Positions 1 to 5,984 are shown, counted from the first letter of the stretch. The stretch: 41,417 nucleotides of DNA from a virus (IMGVR_UViG_3300045988_097494:1-41417), one strand, 5' to 3'. The notes: a model not told the origin generated them from the letters alone. Numbers and translations: made by a program.

Positions 1-49
1 CACGCCTGTCCCACCCTGTCTACACTCCAACCATCAGCACAGCCGAAAG
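1..49. repeat. Terminal direct repeat, left copy (identical to 41369..41417)
   Basis: The first 49 nt (cacgcctgtcccaccctgtctacactccaaccatcagcacagccgaaag) recur exactly as the last 49 nt. This is typical of an assembly overlap on a circular or terminally redundant genome. Confidence 0.9.
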
Positions 50-58
50 GAACCAGCC

Positions 59-283
59 ATGCGCATCGCATGCGACGCCCAGCCAATCTGATGCGGCGAC
101 CATGAACTCAAACCATGCGTAACCTTCTCCCAGTACGAACACGAGCGCACCATAGACGGCCGCACAATGCGATTCGCCGGACCGCCAGACATCATCGTCC
201 GATGCGAAACGTGCGACCGAGAAACCCACACCAACCAGTTCATACTCGACAAAACATTCATCGAACGAACCTGGCCGCAGTAA
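59..283 (+). pseudogene. Cys-rich small ORF interrupted by an in-frame TGA (10 codons, TGA at 89-91, then 63 codons)
   Basis: GAAAGGAaccagccATG at 59. Reading gives MRIACDAQPI, then TGA, then the same frame stays open as CGDHELKPCVTFSQYEHERTIDGRTMRFAGPPDIIVRCETCDRETHTNQFILDKTFIERTWPQ to TAA 281-283. Third codon positions are C-rich like real genes. The only internal ATG is at 167 and it has no RBS. Confidence 0.3.
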
Positions 284-297
284 GCCACCAACAAAAC

Positions 298-330
298 GGG
301 GGCGCCAAGCTTTCCACACTCGGCGCCCCC
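298..330 (+). terminator. GC-rich hairpin (9-bp stem gggggcgcc / ggcgccccc, 15-nt loop)
   Basis: Perfect inverted repeat at 298-306 and 322-330, lying between the interrupted ORF and the gene at 389. Confidence 0.45.
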
Positions 331-388
331 ACAGAAGAAACAAGAACAGGAACGAAGCTAATTTGTTCTTGCACAGAAAGGATACACC

Positions 389-589
389 ATGGCCAGCGAG
401 CCTGTCTACATGCACCACCCAGACATGATCACCCTCCGCCAAGCCGAAGCCATCGCCGGCATCGACTATAAGCGAATCCACGACGCAGCGCGACGCGGAC
501 ACATCTACTGGAACCGCTACGACGTAGCACCCACCTTCCGAGTCAGCAAACGCGACACCATCGCCTGGGCGCAGGAGAGGACATGCTGA
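389..589 (+). CDS. Excisionase/MerR-like helix-turn-helix DNA-binding protein
   Basis: 66 aa with RBS gaaaggatacaccATG. MITLRQAEAIAGIDYKRIHDAARRGHI resembles an HTH_17/Xis-type motif. Confidence 0.6.
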   Translation: MASEPVYMHHPDMITLRQAEAIAGIDYKRIHDAARRGHIYWNRYDVAPTFRVSKRDTIAWAQERTC

Positions 590-930
590 CCTACCTCCTC
601 AAAGCCATCTACGCTCGCCCCATCTCCCACTACATGCACATCCACCCACAAGCCGCCTACCATCTCATCAACACCACACTCAACTACGGTCGGCTCCCAA
701 TCCCAGGCAAAACCGGAGGCATCTACCGATCACTCACCATCAGGCGACACCAAACCACCCTCATCATCCGACGCGAACGCCACGGCTGCACCCTAATGGC
801 CTGGGGGCCGAAGCACGTAATAGTGCAAGACTCCTACAGCACAACAGACTTTGCAGACATCATCACCCGAACGCGGGGTATCCTCAACAGGCAACGAATC
901 CTCGACATGGACTGGCGAGCGATCACGTAA
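583..930 (+). CDS. Hypothetical protein
   Basis: 115-aa ORF whose ATG overlaps the upstream stop (ATGCTGA). No recognisable motif. Confidence 0.45.
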   Translation: MLTYLLKAIYARPISHYMHIHPQAAYHLINTTLNYGRLPIPGKTGGIYRSLTIRRHQTTLIIRRERHGCTLMAWGPKHVIVQDSYSTTDFADIITRTRGILNRQRILDMDWRAIT

Positions 931-1039
931 GCACCACACCCGCAGGACGACCCCTGAGAGCCACACAGACAGGTTTTCGGGGGCCAGTCTCACTTCCCAA
1001 ACCTGCACGCAATCCGAGCGCCTAAGACGCGTAGCGGTC

Positions 1040-1310
1040 GGTTGAGGTGGGGCGGGGGGATATTCCCTGGGGTTGCTGTGGTTTGTTTTTTGGTCGCTGG
1101 TTATTTCGTCGTCGTGATTTTTGGTGTTTGTGCTGGTCAGGTGTGTTGGTGTTTGTTCTCGCTGGCTGTGTTTGTGTGCTTGTGTGTTGGTGTGTTAGTT
1201 GTGTGCGCGCGTGTGTGTTGGTGGTTGCGTGCGTACGTGTGTTCGATGATGTAGGTCACGTGCTGTGTTGTGTGTCTTGGGTTGACGTGAGCTCGTGTGT
1301 GTGGCGTACA
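1040..1310 (+). other. Extreme GT-rich (A/C-poor) non-coding tract
   Basis: By hand count, 1081-1140 is about 83% G+T and 1141-1200 about 90% G+T. It starts with the G-runs ggtggggcgggggg and contains the alternating Pu-Py runs gtgtgcgcgcgtgtgtgt and gcgtgcgtacgtgtgt. Confidence 0.8.
1239..1260 (+). repeat. 22-bp box GTGTTCGATGATGTAGGTCACG, copy 1 (copy 2 at 3107..3128)
   Basis: Exact 22-nt identity between the two sites. Each lies about 21 nt upstream of a TTGAC -35 element and is flanked by a short inverted repeat (cgtgtg..cacgtg here, cgcgtg..cacgcg in copy 2). Confidence 0.85.
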
Positions 1311-1312
1311 GT
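1282..1312 (+). promoter_or_regulatory. Putative promoter of the 1367 cassette
   Basis: TTGACG (1282-1287), 19-nt spacer, TACAGT (1307-1312), then tacggCCATCAGCA and the RBS GAAAGGAtcacgacgATG. Confidence 0.5.
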
Positions 1313-1366
1313 TACGGCCATCAGCAACACAGCCCCAGCGACGGGGTGAACGAAAGGATCACGACG

Positions 1367-2269
1367 ATGAGCAAGACGATGCGGCGCATGGCACTGGCCC
1401 TGGTGTGTGGGGTGCTGGCCCTCATGGGGTGGGTGCCCGCCCACGCCAGCGAGAACACCCCCACCGGTGGGTGGGTGCTCGCCAGCACGGGGGCCCCCGT
1501 TGATGTGTCAGAGACCCCTGCCTGTGAGGATGAGGGGCAGGAGTATGGGCCGTGCCTGTGGGATGCCAGCGCCCACGGTAACGGCGAGGGCGACTCATTC
1601 ATGGTCGAGGAGGACGGCAGCGTCTCCTACCTGAGGAAGGCGGACGGCACCGCCACCGCTACCCCTGCGAAGAAAAGCAAGAGGGCCAAGACGAAGGAAA
1701 ACTCCGACGACGCTACCGTGGCGCCCACGCCTGCGGGGCCTCCCGAGGCGCGCGCGTACCCGGGTTGGGTGTGGACCGGTCGCACCGCCCCTGTCACCAC
1801 TCCCGGCCTGCCCGCGTGCGTTGACGTGCACGGTCAGGAGACCTGTGTCCGGCAGGGGTACACGCTCGTAGTGGACCAGTCGGCATGTACGCAAACCATC
1901 ATCACCGACCAGGGCAACCAGTACGTGCCCGGCCCCGCTGTCGCGCAAGCTCTCTCTGACTCGTGCCAGGCACACAAGCCAGACACTCGAGACCACAAAG
2001 ACGACGCCGGATGGGGCGGAGCGCGACCTAGTTCTACGGGAGTTGTGCACTCGGCTACGCCGAGCGCGGCTGTGAGTAGCGTTGTGGATAAGCCTTCCTC
2101 TCCCAGTCGGGACAGGGTTGTGGGTCCTGTGGATTCTGGCGCCAAAGGCAACTATGACGTTGAGGTTGTGGCGGTGTTTGGCGCGCTGGTCCTGTTGGGG
2201 CTTGCTGTGGCGGTGTGGGTTGAGCGTCGTGCGACTGAGCGTCGCTTGAGTCGCCTTGGCTCAAGGTGA
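1367..2269 (+). CDS. Secreted protein with C-terminal membrane anchor and an internal Cys-containing duplication
   Basis: Signal peptide MSKTMRRMALALVCGVLALMGWVPAHA|SE and C-terminal TM segment VVAVFGALVLLGLAVAVWV followed by RRATERR. Internal repeat GGWVLASTGAPVDVSETPACEDEGQEYGPC versus PGWVWTGRTAPVTTPGLPACVDVHGQETC. The longer ORF from 1295 lacks an RBS. Confidence 0.7.
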   Translation: MSKTMRRMALALVCGVLALMGWVPAHASENTPTGGWVLASTGAPVDVSETPACEDEGQEYGPCLWDASAHGNGEGDSFMVEEDGSVSYLRKADGTATATPAKKSKRAKTKENSDDATVAPTPAGPPEARAYPGWVWTGRTAPVTTPGLPACVDVHGQETCVRQGYTLVVDQSACTQTIITDQGNQYVPGPAVAQALSDSCQAHKPDTRDHKDDAGWGGARPSSTGVVHSATPSAAVSSVVDKPSSPSRDRVVGPVDSGAKGNYDVEVVAVFGALVLLGLAVAVWVERRATERRLSRLGSR

Positions 2270-2451
2270 GTGATTGGGCCTGCCTATCGTACGCATGTTC
2301 GACCAATCGTCTCGGTGGTTGGTTGACTGCGGCGATAGGCAGCCCTTTCGTGTGCTTGGTGGGCGGCGGGATATTGACTTATCGCACTGTGGCCGCCGTC
2401 GCGCGCGCGTGCTGCAGGCCACGCGATCGAACGGTGTTCGTGGGACCTTAG
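2266..2451 (+). CDS. Possible small membrane protein
   Basis: 61 aa with a GTG start overlapping the upstream stop (GTGAGTGA). Hydrophobic core LGGWLTAAIGSPFVCLVGGGILTY. Coding status is uncertain. Confidence 0.3.
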   Translation: MSDWACLSYACSTNRLGGWLTAAIGSPFVCLVGGGILTYRTVAAVARACCRPRDRTVFVGP

Positions 2452-2506
2452 TCCTACGTCTGTCACAGGGGGTGCTTGGTTTGCGCACAACTGGCGTTCA
2501 GGTTGT

Positions 2507-2547
2507 GTTCGAAGGCCGTTCGAACGATTAGGTTTCAGTCCCTGAAA
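2507..2547 (+). terminator. Two short hairpins (gttcgaa-ggccg-ttcgaac and tttcag-tcc-ctgaaa)
   Basis: Inverted repeats at 2507-2525 and 2533-2547, downstream of the 1367/2266 cassette. Confidence 0.3.
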
Positions 2548-2585
2548 ACTGCCTATGGAAACCTTGCTTGACGCGCGGGATTGGC

Positions 2586-2616
2586 TTGATTTCGCGGGAA
2601 AACGGCGCCCTATATG
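2586..2616 (+). promoter_or_regulatory. Putative promoter of the 2668 cassette
   Basis: TTGATT (2586-2591), about 19 nt, TATATG (2611-2616), then GGTCATCTCACC (similar to GGTCATCAGCAC at 3183) and the RBS GAAAGGAatcgaaATG. Confidence 0.35.
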
Positions 2617-2667
2617 GTCATCTCACCGCGCGGGCAATCAGCGGCCCGCCCAACGAAAGGAATCGAA

Positions 2668-2871
2668 ATGACCGGCTACGACGCACTCCGCTCCGGTGAG
2701 GCCACCTACTACGGCGAGGCCCTCATTGCCGCCCAGTGGCTCAGCGATGCGGCATTCACCCGATACGCGACGGCGCAAGGCGTTGACGTGTGGGAGCGGC
2801 TGGCGCCCTATGCGGAGGAGCGGCACGCGGGCGTGATTGCGCGCGCTGCAGCTGCTTGCAGGGCTGCCTGA
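2668..2871 (+). CDS. Hypothetical protein
   Basis: 67 aa starting from the RBS-backed ATG at 2668, inside the 2614..2871 ORF. Confidence 0.55.
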   Translation: MTGYDALRSGEATYYGEALIAAQWLSDAAFTRYATAQGVDVWERLAPYAEERHAGVIARAAAACRAA

Positions 2872-2883
2872 TAGGTCGCCCGT

Positions 2884-2920
2884 AGCCCCCGGTTCTGCTT
2901 CGGCGGGCCGGGGGCTTTGC
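2884..2920 (+). terminator. Rho-independent-type terminator
   Basis: 9-bp stem agcccccgg / ccgggggct (2884-2892 and 2908-2916) followed by tttgctttg. Confidence 0.6.
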
Positions 2921-3041
2921 TTTGCCTGCCCCTCTGGGGCCCTGTGCGCCCCCTTGGGGCACTTTTGGGGGCTGGGTGGTACCCACATATGGGTGGGGTG
3001 CCGAAAGGCCCTCAGATTGGCTCCTGCGCCCTGTCGCGTGA

Positions 3042-3074
3042 GCGTGCGCGTACGTGCGCGCGTATGCGCGCGTG
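3042..3074. other. 33-nt perfectly alternating purine-pyrimidine tract (potential Z-DNA)
   Basis: gcgtgcgcgtacgtgcgcgcgtatgcgcgcgtg alternates R-Y without interruption. It lies 33 nt upstream of box copy 2. Confidence 0.7.
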
Positions 3075-3106
3075 GGGGTGTGTGATGAGCCGGCATGGTC
3101 GAACGC

Positions 3107-3128
3107 GTGTTCGATGATGTAGGTCACG
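3107..3128 (+). repeat. 22-bp box GTGTTCGATGATGTAGGTCACG, copy 2
   Basis: Exact identity to 1239..1260. Confidence 0.85.
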
Positions 3129-3149
3129 CGAATTGGTGGCCATTCCGGA

Positions 3150-3180
3150 TTGACTCACGGCGTCTCGGCGTGTGTATAGT
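3150..3180 (+). promoter_or_regulatory. Putative promoter of the 3229 cassette
   Basis: TTGACT (3150-3155), 19-nt spacer, TATAGT (3175-3180), then taggTCATCAGCA and the RBS GAAAGGAtcacagcaATG. Confidence 0.5.
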
Positions 3181-3228
3181 TAGGTCATCAGCACGGGGCG
3201 GTCAGCCCCAACAGAAAGGATCACAGCA

Positions 3229-3939
3229 ATGAGCATCAACGACCTCATCTCCAACGTCACCACCAACCTCACCGAGTGGGGTGTCAACTACCGTGAGACC
3301 ACCGAGGGCATCAGCGTCGGCGACATTCACCTCGAGGCCATCGAAGAGGGGTATAGGCCCATCGCCACCATCCTGGACGGGACCGAGCTGGTCGGTATGA
3401 CCAGTGACGCCGACAAGGCCGCCGCACTCCTGGCCTTCCCGCTCGCCCGCCGGGAATGGGAACTTGGCTACACTGGAGACTTCAATATCGCCGTGTTCGC
3501 CGGTGAGGTTGAGACGCGCCTCTCCTATGGGAGTGCTGACGTGTCTATTTCGGCGGGGGTTAATGAGGCGGGCCGGTTCGCCGTAATGGGGCACCCGCTG
3601 TTCTCTAAGGACGTCGTTATGTCTGACCTTGAGGCGGTCCTCAGTTCCACCGAGCTGGCATACGGCGCCCCTAATGAGGCGTGGCAGGCGCTGTGCGCGT
3701 CCAGTGACACCGAGCTTATGGGGTGGCAGGAAATCGTCGAATTCTTCAATGGGTCGGTTCTGTTCACCGAGGGCGACCGCTTCACCAAGGTTGAGTCCCC
3801 TGAAACAGAGGCTGTGGCCCTGGTTGAGGACTACAACCCTGAGGTCCCCATCCGCGTGATCGACGTTGAGCACACGATCGACACGACGCACTGGTCGCAC
3901 AGTGACGTTGCGGCCGCCGTCCTACACGCGATCTCCTGA
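3229..3939 (+). CDS. Hypothetical acidic protein
   Basis: 236-aa ORF with the conserved RBS and gene-like codon bias. No motif recognised. Confidence 0.7.
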   Translation: MSINDLISNVTTNLTEWGVNYRETTEGISVGDIHLEAIEEGYRPIATILDGTELVGMTSDADKAAALLAFPLARREWELGYTGDFNIAVFAGEVETRLSYGSADVSISAGVNEAGRFAVMGHPLFSKDVVMSDLEAVLSSTELAYGAPNEAWQALCASSDTELMGWQEIVEFFNGSVLFTEGDRFTKVESPETEAVALVEDYNPEVPIRVIDVEHTIDTTHWSHSDVAAAVLHAIS

Positions 3940-3951
3940 CACGCTCAGGTA

Positions 3952-3993
3952 GCCCGGATGGTCGCAGCGGTGGTTCGACTCCCCCGCCGGGCG
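3952..3993 (+). other. tRNA-like acceptor-stem/T-arm minihelix
   Basis: GCCCGGA..GGTGG-TTCGACT-CCCCC-GCCGGGC-G. GGTTCGACTCC (3972-3982) matches the canonical T-loop signature. There is a 6-bp acceptor-like stem (3952-3957 with 3987-3992). No D or anticodon arm and no CCA end. Confidence 0.4.
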
Positions 3994-4026
3994 CGACACT
4001 CACCCCACACGCTTAGGAGTCACACC

Positions 4027-4323
4027 ATGGCCGTTACGGAAGATCGCCTAGCTGCCGCGCTAGAGTCGGCAGTAGAGGACCTCGAGTTCACGCTAGACGC
4101 GGCATCTGTCCTTTTCGAGGTGACCACTTCGCCGAACACTAACCAGTACATCATCGTCTTCGCCGATGGTGGTCGGCACGCCTACGTCACCGCCGAAATG
4201 TCCGTTTCCGGTGTTCCCATGGTGTTCGTCGACATCTACAGCGTGGACGCCGACGGTGTGGAGCACTGGGCGCGCGGTGACCTGACCGTTAACGCGGCCG
4301 CCCCCTACATCATCAGCGCCTGA
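4027..4323 (+). CDS. Hypothetical protein
   Basis: 98 aa from the ATG at 4027 (RBS taggagtcacaccATG), inside the 3958..4323 ORF. Confidence 0.65.
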   Translation: MAVTEDRLAAALESAVEDLEFTLDAASVLFEVTTSPNTNQYIIVFADGGRHAYVTAEMSVSGVPMVFVDIYSVDADGVEHWARGDLTVNAAAPYIISA

Positions 4324-4351
4324 ACGATCGCGATACGGAAGGAGCCAGGAA

Positions 4352-4825
4352 ATGAGCACTACGTCTGAGCGCATGGCCGAAGCATTCAAACGGGCCACGG
4401 GGGAGGAGGTTGACCCACCGAAACGGCTGGCCATCATGCGAGGGAAGTACACCTTAGATGCCACGCCGGGTTACGGGGGAGGCCGCTACGTAGTCACCGC
4501 CACGGCGTGGGCGGCGGATTCACTGAACGTTGAGTTCAGGGCCAAGACTCAAGGTTCGTCCACCAGCGTCACCAGGATGGAAGCCATGCTGCGAGAGGCT
4601 AGGGCGCGCGCTCGGACGCTAGTTCTACTCTCTGACGTGCTCGGCGCGAATGGCTGGCACGTGAGTCAGCTGAACTTGGTTGGCGAGATTGGCTTGCAAG
4701 CCAGGAAAGGCGACTCCTACGTTCAGGTGTTCGGCGATGGTTCGTGTCATGGTTATGACGACACGGCCGTCCGGTTCGCTGCTGACGTATTCGCGGTAGC
4801 GCTGGAGCACGTTCGGCGCCGCTAG
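4352..4825 (+). CDS. Hypothetical protein
   Basis: 157-aa ORF with RBS ggaaggagccaggaaATG. Confidence 0.7.
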   Translation: MSTTSERMAEAFKRATGEEVDPPKRLAIMRGKYTLDATPGYGGGRYVVTATAWAADSLNVEFRAKTQGSSTSVTRMEAMLREARARARTLVLLSDVLGANGWHVSQLNLVGEIGLQARKGDSYVQVFGDGSCHGYDDTAVRFAADVFAVALEHVRRR

Positions 4826-4833
4826 GCCGGATG

Positions 4834-4861
4834 GTCAGCCCATACGATCATGTGGGCTGGC
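4834..4861 (+). terminator. Hairpin terminator after the 4352 gene
   Basis: 9-bp stem gtcagccca / tgggctggc (one G-T pair) with a 10-nt loop. It is preceded by CCGGATGGTC, the same 10-mer found at 3954-3963. Confidence 0.45.
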
Positions 4862-5008
4862 CACCTCGCCTAGGAGGATTGCGCAGCTGGAAACACGGGA
4901 AGCCGCTAAGTAGGGCTTGCGCACGTTGGTTGAGAACTACATAGAGGAAACGCCATAGGTGGCAGGCACCGCACGCACGGCCGTGGCCCCGCGTAGTCGA
5001 TACAGTCT

Positions 5009-5100
5009 GCCCACCTATGAGTCACCTAGACCGCCCCCACCGTTTCTATGTGTGAGGTTTGCTGTGATCCGATTATGGTCTAGGTGGCCCATAGGTGCCC
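5009..5100. promoter_or_regulatory. Pair of inverted 24-bp TAGGTG-containing repeats flanking a promoter-like region
   Basis: The reverse complement of 5009-5032 (ggtctaggtgactcataggtgggc) matches 5077-5100 (ggtctaggtggcccataggtgccc) at about 20 of 24 positions, with 44 bp between them. TATGGT at 5074-5079. A further cataggtggc lies at 4954-4963. Confidence 0.5.
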
Positions 5101-5131
5101 CGCATCGTGCGGAACCTAGGAAGGAATAGAC

Positions 5132-5770
5132 ATGACCACATATAGGGTGATCACACAGGATGAATGGGATTACCTCACCACCAAGGGCGACATCAGTTTC
5201 TCGGATACCGTTATCGTCGCTTGCGATATTGACGCAACCGCTGGCTACGAGGGTGATCTAAACATCGTCGTCGAAGATGGGGCGCACCTTATTGCGCCGA
5301 GCTCAAGCTCAGGTTGGCATACCCTTGAGTCCAGCTCTCTGAGCTTACTGTGGGACGGCGACGACAATGTTGTGGTACAGGCAGGCAAGGTTAGTGGTGG
5401 TGATGTGACGGTGACCCTGGTCGGCTACCCATCAAACGTGGAGCCCTACATATCCGTAGCTAGTTCCGGCATGGTGTACTTCAAGCGCGTCGATAGTCTC
5501 GACAGCGTGAGCTCCGCCGATAGTCCTGAGCACTACACGTGGATAGGTGGCGCACTCATGCGGCTGGGCGCCCCGGCGCGCTCGGCCGACCTACAGTCCT
5601 GGGACCTACTGGATGCCTTATTCCCCGATAACCCGCATCTCTGGAACGCGGGGAAGTACCTCATCCGGTACGGCCGCAAGGGCGACTCGAGCAAGCGCGT
5701 AGAGGACCTACGCAAGGCCGTCGCCTACCTCGAGCGGGCCATCAAGGCGGAGGAACGCCGTGTCAGCTGA
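5132..5770 (+). CDS. DUF3310-like phage protein
   Basis: The C-terminal HLWNAGKYLIRYGRKGDSSKRVEDLRKAVAYLERAI resembles the DUF3310 signature. The N-terminal ~130 aa are unknown. RBS aggaaggaatagacATG. Confidence 0.5.
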   Translation: MTTYRVITQDEWDYLTTKGDISFSDTVIVACDIDATAGYEGDLNIVVEDGAHLIAPSSSSGWHTLESSSLSLLWDGDDNVVVQAGKVSGGDVTVTLVGYPSNVEPYISVASSGMVYFKRVDSLDSVSSADSPEHYTWIGGALMRLGAPARSADLQSWDLLDALFPDNPHLWNAGKYLIRYGRKGDSSKRVEDLRKAVAYLERAIKAEERRVS

Positions 5771-5984
5771 CGCGCCACTCGAGCATCGCCTCATCACGCA
5801 TGCAGACATGCGCCGCATGGTCGACGGGGCCACTGTATATGACGACCTCAATCAGGCGTGGGTCAAACATGGCTCATGGTGGCACCTAGACGACGGCGAT
5901 ACTCGCCTACTCGGCACAGAACTCAAGCGCCTATCGGCGTGGCTGTACACGCTCGAGCCATTCAATCCCGTCTGGCTCATCTAG
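5760..5984 (+). CDS. Hypothetical protein
   Basis: 74 aa with a GTG start overlapping the upstream gene end. Confidence 0.5.
   Translation: MSADAPLEHRLITHADMRRMVDGATVYDDLNQAWVKHGSWWHLDDGDTRLLGTELKRLSAWLYTLEPFNPVWLI

Noticed and set aside
89-91. TGA as selenocysteine or as a reassigned sense codon
   Set aside because: I could not find a convincing SECIS-like hairpin downstream. TGA terminates many well-supported genes here (ATGA and GTGA overlaps), so genome-wide recoding is excluded.
20-502. Minus-strand ORFs of 160 aa and 86 aa and the plus-strand 118-aa ORF (115..471) at the left end
   Set aside because: The products are Arg/His/Pro-rich and low-complexity. None has an RBS. They overlap the better-supported frame (59-283) and the HTH gene at 389.
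1042-1349. 70-aa and 100-aa ORFs encoding Cys/Val/Trp/Phe-rich peptides
   Set aside because: Their composition is dictated entirely by the GT-rich tract. The two are overlapping alternative frames and have no RBS, so I treat them as compositional artefacts.
2274-2531. 85-aa plus-strand ORF after the secreted-protein gene
   Set aside because: It has no RBS and an Arg/Gly-rich product. It competes with the translationally coupled 2266..2451 frame and runs through the hairpins at 2507-2525.
3952-3993. Functional attP site implying a temperate lifestyle
   Set aside because: I recognised no integrase (tyrosine or serine recombinase) or repressor gene anywhere in the genome. At most this is a relic.
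3925-4000. Complete tRNA gene
   Set aside because: Only acceptor-like and T-arm-like elements can be drawn. There is no D arm or anticodon arm, the T-stem has a mismatch, and there is no CCA end. I therefore report it only as a tRNA-like fragment.
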